64,000 nt of DNA, from assembly GCA_902569095.1 (NCBI GenBank), contig CACFSX010000001.1:9575-73574 (forward strand), written 5' to 3'. The position numbers and the translations under genes were made by a program. This document shows, one piece after another, positions 51,282 to 63,194 of this stretch. The first letter of the stretch is position 1; every line of letters starts with the position of its first letter. The notes below the pieces were generated by a model. The model ran no database searches, was not told where the DNA came from, and saw only the letters and a program-made list of their open reading frames with translations. The stretch comes from an uncultured Alphaproteobacteria bacterium (GTDB lineage: Bacteria; Pseudomonadota; Alphaproteobacteria; Methylaequorales; Methylaequoraceae).

Positions 51282-52542
51282 CTAAGGTCTTACTTGTCCT
51301 TTCCCTCTTACTTTGTATTTAAAACTAGTAAGTTGAGCAACTCCTACTGGTCCTCTTGCATGAACTTTAGAGGTTGAAATTCCTATTTCAGCTCCCATCC
51401 CAAATTCACCTCCATCCGCAAATTGTGTTGAGGTGTTGTGCATCACTATTCCACTATCTACATTGTTTAAAAAAAATTCTGTAGCTTTTTCATCATTAGA
51501 AATAATTGCATCTGTATGCCCAGATCCAAAATGATTAATATGATCAACTGCCTCTTCTACACCCTTATTTACTGTTTTTATAGATACTATTTTATCTAAG
51601 TATTCTGTTTTCCAATCTTCGGTTTTTGCTTTAGTTATGATTGAGTCGACTTCTTTTACAAAACTATCTCCCCTTATTTCACAACCTAAGTCAGATAAAG
51701 ATTTAATCAATCTTGGAAGATGAGTTTTTACTACCTCTTTGTCACATAAAATTGTCTCAGTTGCTCCACAGATACCAGGTCTTCTCATTTTTGCGTTTAA
51801 TGCAACATTCTTACTTATTTCTTCGTCTGCTGATTTGTGAATATACGTATGACAGATGCCATCCAGGTGTTTAATTACGTGAACTCTACTTTCTTCAGAT
51901 ACCCTTTCAATTAAGGATTTTCCTCCTCTAGGGATTATAACATCTACATATTTATCCATTTTGATTAGCGCTCCCACCGCCAATCTATCTTTTGTTGGAA
52001 TATTCTGTAAAGTTCCTTCGGGGAGTTTAAATTTCCTCAATGATTGATTTATAACTTCTACTATCTTTGATGAAGAATGATAGCTCTCACTACCTCCTCT
52101 TAAAATAAGTGGATTCCCAGATTTCAAACATAAACCTGCTGCATCTGCAGCAACATTGGGTCTTGATTCATATATCACTCCTATAACACCCAGTGGAATT
52201 GATACTTTTTGTATTTTTAAACCGTTAGGTCTTTTCCATTCTCCCAAAGTTTTCCCAATTGGATCATCTAATTTTGAAATCTCAACTAATCCTTTACAAA
52301 TATTATCAATTCGGTTGGAATCTAATATTAGTCTATCCAGAAGTGATGAATTTAGACTTTTTTTATTTTCTTCGATATCTAAAGAATTTTTTTCAATGAT
52401 TAGTTTTTCATTTTTATTTATATTGTCAGCCGCATCCAATAAAACATCATTCTTTTTCTGTGAAGAAAGTGAAGATATCCTTAAGGCGGCTTCTTTGGCC
52501 TTAACACCAATTTTTAGAACTTCTTCTTCAATTTGTTTTTGT

Positions 52543-52550
<8 letters not shown>
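51282..52550 (-). CDS. proA: Glutamate-5-semialdehyde dehydrogenase (gamma-glutamyl phosphate reductase)
   Basis: 422 aa. Aldehyde dehydrogenase fold with IYESRPNV, ILRGGSE and GSGHTDAI motifs. Confidence 0.95.
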
Positions 52551-54662
<2,112 letters not shown>

Positions 54663-54667
54663 TTAAT

Positions 54668-54925
54668 TTATTTTTTTTGATCAACGTTTACAAAAGATTT
54701 ACTACCAGATTTTTTTTTAAAAGAGACCACTCCTTCTTTAACAGCAAAAATAGTATGGTCTTTTCCAATAGAAACATTTTTTCCAGGATGGTATTTTGTT
54801 CCTCGCTGCCTAATAATAATGTTACCAGGTACAACGGCCTCGCCTCCAAACTTTTTCACACCAAGCCTTCTTCCAGCACTATCTCGCCCATTTCTTGTGC
54901 TACCACCTGCTTTTTTATGAGCCAC
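54668..54925 (-). CDS. rpmA: 50S ribosomal protein L27
   Basis: The canonical N-terminus (M)[15 protein letters not shown] begins at GTG 54925. The ORF track's longer version (to 54949) runs inside rplU. Confidence 0.93.
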   Translation of the reverse strand: MAHKKAGGSTRNGRDSAGRRLGVKKFGGEAVVPGNIIIRQRGTKYHPGKNVSIGKDHTIFAVKEGVVSFKKKSGSKSFVNVDQKK

Positions 54926-55316
54926 CAGGTTCTCCCTTAGTAGAGTCAACTTTTTTTTGAGATGATCTTAAATTTTTGTTAGGTGAAGAAGATTGATTTT
55001 CCATTTTAATTTCTTTAATTTTTACAAGCGTGAGGTCTTGTCGATGACCAATCTTCCTTCTATAATTGTGTCTTCTTTTTTTTTTGAAAACAATGATCTT
55101 TTTGTCTTTAATCTGCTCAATGACTTGGCAGATAATTTGGATTCCACTTACTAATGGTGATCCGATTATGGTTTGACCATTTTTGTCTTTCATAAAAATG
55201 ACTTTATCAAAAGTGACAGAATCATTTTTTTTAAGCTCACTGATCCTTGGAAGCTTCAAAAAATCGCCAATCTTAGCTTTGTACTGTTTACCCCTGTCTT
55301 CAAATATAGCTATCAT
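54915..55316 (-). CDS. rplU: 50S ribosomal protein L21 (with a short C-terminal extension)
   Basis: 133 aa. [18 protein letters not shown]...[16 protein letters not shown]21 core, followed by roughly 30 S/K/N-rich residues. Confidence 0.94.
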   Translation of the reverse strand: MIAIFEDRGKQYKAKIGDFLKLPRISELKKNDSVTFDKVIFMKDKNGQTIIGSPLVSGIQIICQVIEQIKDKKIIVFKKKRRHNYRRKIGHRQDLTLVKIKEIKMENQSSSPNKNLRSSQKKVDSTKGEPGGS

Positions 55317-55449
55317 TAAAATCTTTGTTAAACGTTTATTACAATTTAATTTATATTTGTTAAGAAATTTTTGTCAATTCATTACTTTAAGTAATTTTTG
55401 TTGTTAAATTTGATTATTATGTTATTAAACTTACTTATCGGTAATTCAT

Positions 55450-56625
55450 ATGAACGAAATAGTTATAACCACGGCTAAAAGGCTTCCTATTGGAAAATTC
55501 ATGGGTAGTTTATCAAACTTTTCAGCTCCTCAATTAGGGAGTTCAGTCATAAATTCAGTAATTTCAGAGTCAGGAATTTCGAAAGATTTAATAGATGAAA
55601 TAATAATGGGACAAGTTTTAACTGGTGGATCGGGTCAGAATCCTGCAAGGCAAGCATCTATGCTGTCAGATATTCCCGAGAAAGTTAGTGCCCTTACCAT
55701 TAATCAAGTTTGTGGATCTGGTTTAAGATCAGTTATGATAGCTTGTCAATCTATATTATCTGGACAAAGTGAAATTGTTATTGCTGGAGGTCAGGAAAGC
55801 ATGTCAAATGCGCATCATACCATAAATTTAAGAAATGGACTAAAAATGGGGGACGGAAAAATCAAAGATAGCATGATTGTTGATGGACTTTGGTGTGCTA
55901 TGAATAATTATCACATGGGAACAACAGCTGAAAATATTGCGGAGAAATTTAACATATCAAAAGAGGCACAGGATAGATTTGCAACAGAATCTCAAAATAA
56001 GGCAGAAAATGCTCAAAAGAATAATTACTTTAAAAATGAAATAACTCCAATATCAATTCCTTCGAAGAAGGAAGAAATACTATTTGATGTGGACGAATTT
56101 CCTAGACATGGAACAACCTTTGATAAAATAAGTTCTTTAAAACCCGTTTTTAATAAAGATGGAACCGTCACTGCTGGAAATGCATCCGGATTGAATGATG
56201 GAGCAGCCGCTGTGTTAGTTATGAAAAAAGAAAAAGCTAATTATTTAGGACTTGAACCGCTAGTAAGTATAGTATCATCTTCAACCATTGGTGTTGATCC
56301 CTCAATTATGGGTATAGGACCTGTACCTGCAGTGAAAAAAGCACTTCAGCAAGCTAAGTGGTCTATTGATGACCTCGACTTGATTGAAGCAAATGAAGCA
56401 TTTGCAGCTCAATCCTTAGCTGTGTCCAACGAATTAAGTTGGGATATGAATAAAGTAAATGTGAGCGGAGGAGCAATTGCTTTAGGTCACCCAATAGGAG
56501 CGTCAGGAACCAGAATTTTAGTAACTTTAATCCACGAACTTGAAAGACAAAATAAAAAAAAAGGAATTGCAACTTTATGTATCGGAGGCGGTCAAGGAGT
56601 TGCAATGTGTGTTGAGAGAATATAA
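55450..56625 (+). CDS. phaA: Acetyl-CoA C-acetyltransferase (thiolase II)
   Basis: 391 aa. Active-site contexts [24 protein letters not shown] and LCIGGGQG. Confidence 0.9.
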   Translation: MNEIVITTAKRLPIGKFMGSLSNFSAPQLGSSVINSVISESGISKDLIDEIIMGQVLTGGSGQNPARQASMLSDIPEKVSALTINQVCGSGLRSVMIACQSILSGQSEIVIAGGQESMSNAHHTINLRNGLKMGDGKIKDSMIVDGLWCAMNNYHMGTTAENIAEKFNISKEAQDRFATESQNKAENAQKNNYFKNEITPISIPSKKEEILFDVDEFPRHGTTFDKISSLKPVFNKDGTVTAGNASGLNDGAAAVLVMKKEKANYLGLEPLVSIVSSSTIGVDPSIMGIGPVPAVKKALQQAKWSIDDLDLIEANEAFAAQSLAVSNELSWDMNKVNVSGGAIALGHPIGASGTRILVTLIHELERQNKKKGIATLCIGGGQGVAMCVERI

Positions 56626-57347
56626 TGACAAAAATAGCAATCGTTACAGGAGGTACTAGAGGAATAGGTGCTTCAATTTCCAAAAAGTTAAAATCTTCAA
56701 ACTTCAAAGTCATTGCTAATTACGCAAGCAATGACGAAGCCGCCAAATCTTTCTCAAAAGATAATAATATTGAAGTAATTAAGTGGGATGTAAGCAATTT
56801 TGATGAATGCCAAAAATCAGTTAGTCGCATTTATGAGGAGAACAAAAATATTGATATTCTAGTAAATAATGCAGGAATAACTAGAGACGCACCTCTTCAT
56901 AAAATGAGTAAAGATAATTGGCAAAAAGTTATTGATGTAAACCTAAATTCAGTCTTTAATATGACATCTTTAGTGATTAATAAAATGAGAGAAAATAGTT
57001 TTGGAAGATTAGTTCACATTTCTTCTGTAAACGGACAAAAGGGTCAGTTTGGTCAAACTAACTATGCTGCAACAAAGTCAGCTCTAATTGGTTTCTCGAA
57101 GTCTTTGGCACTTGAAAGTGCAAGTAAGGGTATCACCTCAAATGTAATTTGCCCTGGTTATATAAACACAGAAATGGTAGCTGCTATTCGAGAAGACATC
57201 TTAAATTCCATTATCGAAACCATACCAAATAAAAGATTAGGTGAAGCTGATGAAGTTGCTGAAATGGTCGACTATCTTGTTTCAGATAAAGCTAGCTATG
57301 TCAATGGCTCAACCTTATCAATCAACGGTGGCTTATGGATGGATTAA
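56625..57347 (+). CDS. phaB: Acetoacetyl-CoA reductase (SDR family)
   Basis: 240 aa. TGGTRGIG, NNAGIT and YAATKSAL (YxxxK). Starts at the thiolase stop (ATAATG). Confidence 0.85.
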   Translation: MTKIAIVTGGTRGIGASISKKLKSSNFKVIANYASNDEAAKSFSKDNNIEVIKWDVSNFDECQKSVSRIYEENKNIDILVNNAGITRDAPLHKMSKDNWQKVIDVNLNSVFNMTSLVINKMRENSFGRLVHISSVNGQKGQFGQTNYAATKSALIGFSKSLALESASKGITSNVICPGYINTEMVAAIREDILNSIIETIPNKRLGEADEVAEMVDYLVSDKASYVNGSTLSINGGLWMD

Positions 57348-58108
57348 AAATTATCTTTCATCATCCTGATTGTTTTAAAGTTTTCTACATTTGAAATATT
57401 TTTAAGTTTTATTGAATCTAGATACTCTTGATTGTCAAATTTCATAAATGGATTAAGCATTTTCTCTTCTTTAAGAGTTGTTGGCACCGTTGGTTTTGAC
57501 TTCAACCTATCTTTCTTTATATTAGATATTTTGTTCTTTAGTAAGTCATCTCGAGAGTCAAGAAACTCTGCAAATTTTGCATTAGATTCTGTATATTCGT
57601 GTCCACAATATATTTTGGTACAATCAGGCAAAGAACGGATCTTTAAAATTGATTCTGTCATTTGTTCGTATGAACCCTCAAACAATCTTCCGCAACCTAA
57701 TGAGAAAATAGTATCTCCACAAAACAGAAGATTTTGGTCCTCAAAATAAAAGCAAATATGCCCAATCGTATGACCTGGTGTATCTATGATTTTAAATATG
57801 CTTTCACCAATATTAAATTCTTCGTCCTCCTTAAGTTTGATGTCTATTCCTGGAATTCTATTTTGATCACTGTAGGACCCAATAATTTTACAGTTATATA
57901 TTTCTTTGAGTTCTTGATTTCCTCCAACATGATCTTGGTGGTGATGAGTATTTAAAACGAAATCAAGATCAATTCCTTTATTTTTTAATACCTCAACTAT
58001 ATCCTTTGCAACTGAAGGATCTATACAACCTGTAATTTTCGTATTTTTATCTATAATTACATATGAATAATTGTCTGATAACAAAGGAATTTGAATTATT
58101 TCAATCAC
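57344..58108 (-). CDS. gloB: Hydroxyacylglutathione hydrolase (glyoxalase II)
   Basis: 254 aa. Metallo-beta-lactamase motif THHHQDHVGG, TPGHT, and a C-terminal NPFMK/R segment typical of GloB. Confidence 0.9.
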   Translation of the reverse strand: MIEIIQIPLLSDNYSYVIIDKNTKITGCIDPSVAKDIVEVLKNKGIDLDFVLNTHHHQDHVGGNQELKEIYNCKIIGSYSDQNRIPGIDIKLKEDEEFNIGESIFKIIDTPGHTIGHICFYFEDQNLLFCGDTIFSLGCGRLFEGSYEQMTESILKIRSLPDCTKIYCGHEYTESNAKFAEFLDSRDDLLKNKISNIKKDRLKSKPTVPTTLKEEKMLNPFMKFDNQEYLDSIKLKNISNVENFKTIRMMKDNF

Positions 58109-58121
58109 GACTTAATGTTTA

Positions 58122-58733
58122 TCAATTTTTCTTCTTTTTTGATACACAAAAAATCACTTGATACGCAAAGAAATTGGAAAAATAATTTGTCATCATTTCA
58201 TTCCCTTTTTCGCCAAGACAAATAAATTTTTCTATTATTATATTATTTCTATTACAAAATATTTCAAAATCCTTAAGTGAGCATAAATGTATATTTGGCG
58301 TATCAAACCATTCATATGGAAGGATATCGTTTTTTGGCATTTTTCCTCCAAAAAATAAATCCTTCCTAACTTTCCAATAACCAAAATTTGGGAATGAGAT
58401 TATTGCTCGCCTTCCAATTCTTATTAAATTTTTAATAACCACATCAGGGAAAATCATGGCTTGTATTGTTTGACTTAAAATTACAGTACTAAATGCATTA
58501 TTAGGATAATCATCTAAATCATAATTTGCGTCTCCTTGAATAACTGATAGTCCCTTTTTAACACACTCATTTACTCCGGATTGACTTATCTCAATTCCTC
58601 TGCAGTCAGCTTTTTTTGTTTTAAAAAGAAAATTTAAAAGATTACCATCGCCACACCCCACGTCCAATATTTTTTCTTTATCATTTATCAACTTAGAAAT
58701 TACAAATAGATCCGTTCTTAAATTTTTACTCAT
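58122..58733 (-). CDS. metW: Methionine biosynthesis protein MetW
   Basis: 203 aa. SAM-MTase-like ILDVGCGDGNLL and NFGYW motifs. ATGA overlap with metX. Confidence 0.9.
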   Translation of the reverse strand: MSKNLRTDLFVISKLINDKEKILDVGCGDGNLLNFLFKTKKADCRGIEISQSGVNECVKKGLSVIQGDANYDLDDYPNNAFSTVILSQTIQAMIFPDVVIKNLIRIGRRAIISFPNFGYWKVRKDLFFGGKMPKNDILPYEWFDTPNIHLCSLKDFEIFCNRNNIIIEKFICLGEKGNEMMTNYFSNFFAYQVIFCVSKKKKN

Positions 58734-59851
58734 ACTCTATGTATTCCAATCTGTCCCTGAATAAAACCTTTGAGTGTTGCGTGAAACTCTGGTTCTTCTA
58801 AAAGGAATGCGTCGTGCCCCTTATCTGTTTTTACTTCCGCAAAACTTACCATTGCATTTGAACTGTTCAGAGACTTGATTATTGTTTTTGTTTCTGATGT
58901 TGGAAACAACCAATCCGATGTAAATGTAAAAAAACAAAAATTAACACTTGAATTTTTAAAAACTTTAGAAAGACCACCTTTTTTAATTGACAAATCAAAA
59001 TAGTCCATTGCTTTTGTAATATATAGATAACTGTTAGCATCAAATCTCTCTACAAATGAGCTTCCTTGATGTTTTAAGTAACTTTCAATTTGAAAGTCTG
59101 TACCAAAATTAAAAGAAAAGAAATTACTATTTTGAAGATTTCTACCGAATTTTCTCTGAAGCGCATGCTCTGATAAATAGGTTATATGAGCTATCATTCT
59201 TGCAACTGAAAGTCCTCTTTTTGGTTCTCCTCTTGTCTTATAATAATTTCCATTGTTCCAGACTGGATCAGCCATGATTGCTTGCCTTCCAATTTCGTGA
59301 AATGCAATGTTTTGAGCTGAATGTCTGTAAGATGTCGCGATAGGAATTGCAACATTAACTTTATTACTAAAACGAGTTGCCCATTCTAAAGTTTGCATAC
59401 CACCCATTGAACCACCAATTACAGCAAACAACTTTTTTATACCTAGTGCTGAAACTAGTTTTTCCTGAACTTTGACCATATCTGAAATTGTAATGACAGG
59501 AAATTTTAATCCATAATTTGTTTTGGTTTTAGGATTAATTGATGAAGGACCTGTACTCCCCATGCATCCACCCAAAACATTGCTACATATCACAAAAAAA
59601 ATATTAGTATCTATAACTTTATCGGGACCAATTAAAATATTCCACCACCCTTTTTTCTTTGTAAGTGGATTAATTTCAGAACAAAACTGGTCACCAGATA
59701 ATGCATGACACACTAAAATTGCATTATTTTTTTTTTTATTTAATGTTCCATAGGTTTTAAAAGCAACCTCGCATGAATCAATTAATTCTCCAGAATCAAG
59801 TTTAATTGAATTTTTAATTTTAAATTTATCAGTAAAGATTGAGGATTTCAT
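58730..59851 (-). CDS. metX: Homoserine O-acetyltransferase
   Basis: 373 aa. Alpha/beta hydrolase with nucleophile elbow GGSMGGMQ, CHALSGD and a C-terminal GHDAFL motif. Confidence 0.94.
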   Translation of the reverse strand: MKSSIFTDKFKIKNSIKLDSGELIDSCEVAFKTYGTLNKKKNNAILVCHALSGDQFCSEINPLTKKKGWWNILIGPDKVIDTNIFFVICSNVLGGCMGSTGPSSINPKTKTNYGLKFPVITISDMVKVQEKLVSALGIKKLFAVIGGSMGGMQTLEWATRFSNKVNVAIPIATSYRHSAQNIAFHEIGRQAIMADPVWNNGNYYKTRGEPKRGLSVARMIAHITYLSEHALQRKFGRNLQNSNFFSFNFGTDFQIESYLKHQGSSFVERFDANSYLYITKAMDYFDLSIKKGGLSKVFKNSSVNFCFFTFTSDWLFPTSETKTIIKSLNSSNAMVSFAEVKTDKGHDAFLLEEPEFHATLKGFIQGQIGIHRV

Positions 59852-59940
59852 TTATTTTATATTAATTTGTTTGACTTAAAACGCATCATAACTATGTTGA
59901 TTAAGGAGTCAAAATAATTTTATTTTGAAAGTCAAAGTTT

Positions 59941-61050
59941 ATGGTTAGTTTCAATCTCAAAGACATAGTAAAACCTTCGATAAATGAAATTGAAAAATAC
60001 ATACCAGGTGAATCATTTAGTATTAATAAAAAAGAAAAAATATATAAACTTTCTTCAAATGAGTCACCTTTTAAAATTCCAAGAAAATTGTTAAATAAGG
60101 CAAGTAATTTAGTTCTTTCATCAAATTTGTATCCGGACGGTGACTGCAATCAATTAAAAAATCAATTAGCAAAAACTTTTAATTTGAATTTTAAAAATAT
60201 AATTTGCGGAAACGGTTCAGACGATGTTTTATCAGTGATAGCGCAAACATTTTCAAAAGAGGGTGGGGAGGTAATTTGCAGTGAGTATGGCTTTACCTAC
60301 TATCCAATAATTGCAAGAGCTTCTGGATGCAAAGTTGTTATTGCAAAATCAGACAAACTAAAAATTTCATGTAAAAATATTCTTAAAAGAATTACTAAGA
60401 TAACTAGAATGATTTTTATTGCGAATCCTAATAATCCAACCGGAACGATTATTTTTAGAGAAGAACTCATAAAATTTTTGCAAAAAGTACCTAAAAATAT
60501 AATTGTAGTTTTAGACGGTGCATATTCTGAATTTATTACAGACAGTAGATATACTGATGGGATTGAATTAATAAATAAGTTTCCAAATATTATTGTTACT
60601 CGAACTTTCTCAAAAATTTTTGCTTTGGCTGGGCTGAGATTAGGTTGGGCATATTCAAATGAGAAAATAATAGAACTTTTAGAAAAAGTAAGAGGACCAT
60701 TTAATGTCAATGCTATTTCTCAAAGTATAGGAACACTGATATTAAGAGAAAAAGAGTTTTTGAAAAAGTCAATAATTCACAATGATAAATGGAGAAAAAT
60801 TCTTCCAATTGAAATTAAAAAGATTGGTCTTGAATCATATGAGAGTTTTGCAAACTTTGTTCTTATTAAAGTTGATAGAAAAAAATACTCAAAAATAAAA
60901 ATTTTAAGTTTTTTAAAAAAGAAAAAAATTTTTGTTAGAGATTTAAATAATTATGGTATGAAACAGTTTTTTAGAGTTTCAATTGGTTCATCAGATGATC
61001 TAAAAAAATTTTTAATAGAATTAAGAAACTCTATAAGAAATAATGCATAA
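59941..61050 (+). CDS. hisC: Histidinol-phosphate aminotransferase
   Basis: 369 aa. Class II aminotransferase with NPNNPTG and the PLP-lysine context RTFSKIFALAGLRLGW. Confidence 0.9.
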   Translation: MVSFNLKDIVKPSINEIEKYIPGESFSINKKEKIYKLSSNESPFKIPRKLLNKASNLVLSSNLYPDGDCNQLKNQLAKTFNLNFKNIICGNGSDDVLSVIAQTFSKEGGEVICSEYGFTYYPIIARASGCKVVIAKSDKLKISCKNILKRITKITRMIFIANPNNPTGTIIFREELIKFLQKVPKNIIVVLDGAYSEFITDSRYTDGIELINKFPNIIVTRTFSKIFALAGLRLGWAYSNEKIIELLEKVRGPFNVNAISQSIGTLILREKEFLKKSIIHNDKWRKILPIEIKKIGLESYESFANFVLIKVDRKKYSKIKILSFLKKKKIFVRDLNNYGMKQFFRVSIGSSDDLKKFLIELRNSIRNNA

Positions 61051-61909
61051 AGAAATAACAATTATTGGGCCTGGGCTCATTGGAGCTTCACTTGGACTCG
61101 CTTTAAAAAAAAAAAAAATATGTGAAAAAATTATTGGTATAGATATATCAAAAAAAAATCTTCGTGACGCTTCCTCGATAAATGCGATTGACGAAAAAAG
61201 GGAGAAAATTGATCAACGAGTTAAAAAGAGCTCTGTTATTTTTATTTGTACTCCAGTAAGCTTTATAGATAATATTGTTAACGAATTATCAGTTTATACA
61301 GAAAAAAATCAAATTATCTCAGATGTTGGATCAGTAAAAAATATTTTTGAAAAAAAAACACTGAAACTTGATGATCACAAATTTTCTTTAGTTCCTGGTC
61401 ATCCTATCGCCGGGACAGAGCATTCAGGAGCAAAGAATGCTTTAAATGATCTGTTTCAGAATAAGTGGTGTATTTTAACTCCTATAAATAATAGTAAAAA
61501 CTCCATAAAAGTTATAAGTGAGATTTGGAGAAAGATAGGAATGAAGGTCGCGATAATGAAAGTAAATGAACACGATAAAATCATGTCTATAACCTCACAT
61601 CTTCCTCATTTAATTGCATTTACAATTGTAGGAACAGCATTTAATCTCAATATAAAAAAAAAGGAAGAGTTAATAAATTTTGCTGCTGGAGGTTTTAAAG
61701 ACTTTACAAGAATAGGTTCGTCAGATCCAAAAATGTGGACTGATATTTTTCTGAAGAATAAAGAATTTTTAAAAGATACTCTTTCACTTTTTTTAAAAGA
61801 CATAGAAAAAATAAAAAAACTATTAGAAAATGATCAATATTCCCAGATATTTAAGTTACTTAAAAGAACCAAAGAAATTAGAAATATTATTGTTAAAAAA
61901 CGTATATAA
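61043..61909 (+). CDS. tyrA: Prephenate/arogenate (cyclohexadienyl) dehydrogenase
   Basis: 288 aa. Rossmann motif IIGPGLIGASLG, DVGSVK and HPIAGTEHSG motifs. 8-nt overlap with hisC. Confidence 0.88.
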   Translation: MHKEITIIGPGLIGASLGLALKKKKICEKIIGIDISKKNLRDASSINAIDEKREKIDQRVKKSSVIFICTPVSFIDNIVNELSVYTEKNQIISDVGSVKNIFEKKTLKLDDHKFSLVPGHPIAGTEHSGAKNALNDLFQNKWCILTPINNSKNSIKVISEIWRKIGMKVAIMKVNEHDKIMSITSHLPHLIAFTIVGTAFNLNIKKKEELINFAAGGFKDFTRIGSSDPKMWTDIFLKNKEFLKDTLSLFLKDIEKIKKLLENDQYSQIFKLLKRTKEIRNIIVKKRI

Positions 61910-61914
61910 AACCT

Positions 61915-62604
61915 CTATTTATAATAATAATCTTCAAGCTTTGTCATAACTTTTTCTTTATCGTATTCTTTATTTATTATTGGAAAAATTTTGACAATGA
62001 TTTTTCCCTCCCTTTTATTAAATTTTTTATTAATCCAAAACTTTCCAGAGTTGAGTTTGATTGGAAGAATTGGTAAACCTGTAAATTTATGAATTGCAAA
62101 AACACCTGAGTTTAATTTTGTTTTTTCCCCAGGCTTTATTCTTGTTCCCTCCGGAAAAATAATGAAAACACCCTTATTTTCTGAGATTAATTTTTTAACA
62201 GACTTTAAAAGAATCTTTAACGAATCAAATGCCTTTTCTCTTCTAACAAATATAAAACCAAGTTTTTTGAAATACTGAGAAAATATTGGAATTTTCTTTA
62301 ATTCATTTTTAAGTATGAAAATTGATCCCGGAAAAAGAGAGCCAAGAAAGAAAGTTTCCCAAGCTGATTGGTGATTACTTGCTACGACAAAAGAGCCAGA
62401 CTCAGGAATATTTTCATAACCTTTAACTTCGTACTTAATACCTAGAATTAATTTTGACAATTTTATAACTGATTTTGTCCAAATAGTACATAGTTTGACA
62501 ACAAAATTCCTTGTAAAAAACTTTACAGGCGAAAAAGTTAAGAAAAAAAAAATTGTTCCTGTATAAAAAAATGTATAAAAAATAAAGCTTCTTAAAAATC
62601 TCAT
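61915..62604 (-). CDS. plsC: 1-acyl-sn-glycerol-3-phosphate acyltransferase
   Basis: 229 aa with an N-terminal TM segment and acyltransferase motifs NHQSAWE and FPEGTR. Confidence 0.88.
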   Translation of the reverse strand: MRFLRSFIFYTFFYTGTIFFFLTFSPVKFFTRNFVVKLCTIWTKSVIKLSKLILGIKYEVKGYENIPESGSFVVASNHQSAWETFFLGSLFPGSIFILKNELKKIPIFSQYFKKLGFIFVRREKAFDSLKILLKSVKKLISENKGVFIIFPEGTRIKPGEKTKLNSGVFAIHKFTGLPILPIKLNSGKFWINKKFNKREGKIIVKIFPIINKEYDKEKVMTKLEDYYYK

Positions 62605-63194
62605 ATTAAAGAAACTATAGTATAAATGACTTTGAAATATTCTGTTAATATTAACTTAACATGGAAAAAAATGTTACTATCCATTTTAATTTTGTATTTA
62701 GCGGGGTAAAGAAAAATCCTTTTTTCTCCGATAATATTTTTAAAAATTATAAAACTTCTAGGGAGATGGTAATAAGAGCTCACTAATATTAAATTATTAA
62801 TTTCAGGATTTTCAACTAACCAATTTTTTACTTCAATGGCATTCTCAAATGTGCTCGTAGCATTTTTATCGTAAACTACGCAACAGTTATGGTTAAAAAC
62901 TTGTCTTTCAATCTTTTGTTTGATTTCAAGCTCGGACTCGTGAAACACACCCGAAATAAATAAAAAGCTTCCATGATTATTTTTATATAAGTTGATTCCT
63001 TTTTGAATTCTTCCTTTTCCCCCTGTCAATACTATTATTGCTGAATCATATTTACTTGAATCTAAATTAGTAAAATAATATTTTTTTGGAAATGTATTAA
63101 AGATTAGTATTAACCACCAAGTTAAAGCAAAAATATTGATGGACACCAAAAAAATTAAGAACTTTTTAAAATTTATCAAAAAATCTTTTCTCAA
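62601..63194 (-). CDS. YdcF/ElyC family (DUF218) membrane-anchored protein
   Basis: 197 aa. N-terminal TM helix, then IIVLTGGKGRIQKG...LFISG and LVSSYYHLPRS, typical of DUF218. ATGA overlap with plsC. Confidence 0.75.
   Translation of the reverse strand: MRKDFLINFKKFLIFLVSINIFALTWWLILIFNTFPKKYYFTNLDSSKYDSAIIVLTGGKGRIQKGINLYKNNHGSFLFISGVFHESELEIKQKIERQVFNHNCCVVYDKNATSTFENAIEVKNWLVENPEINNLILVSSYYHLPRSFIIFKNIIGEKRIFLYPAKYKIKMDSNIFFHVKLILTEYFKVIYTIVSLI

Noticed and set aside
55417-55424. TTATGTTA matches the start of the conserved XerD arm of dif (TTATGTTAAAT), and a xerC gene is in the window.
   Set aside because: The rest of the arm diverges (TTATGTTATTAAAC). The expected upstream XerC arm ending in CATAA, 6 nt away, is absent. 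No quasi-palindromic 28-mer can be built.
59852-59940. Possible SAM-II or SAM-V riboswitch in the metX leader, the usual genomic context for SAM-II in Alphaproteobacteria.
   Set aside because: I cannot find the conserved 3' AAAGC(U)-type pseudoknot strand or the U-rich/A-rich triplex arrangement as I remember them. I reject the classification but keep the repeat architecture as a finding. A covariance-model scan would settle it.
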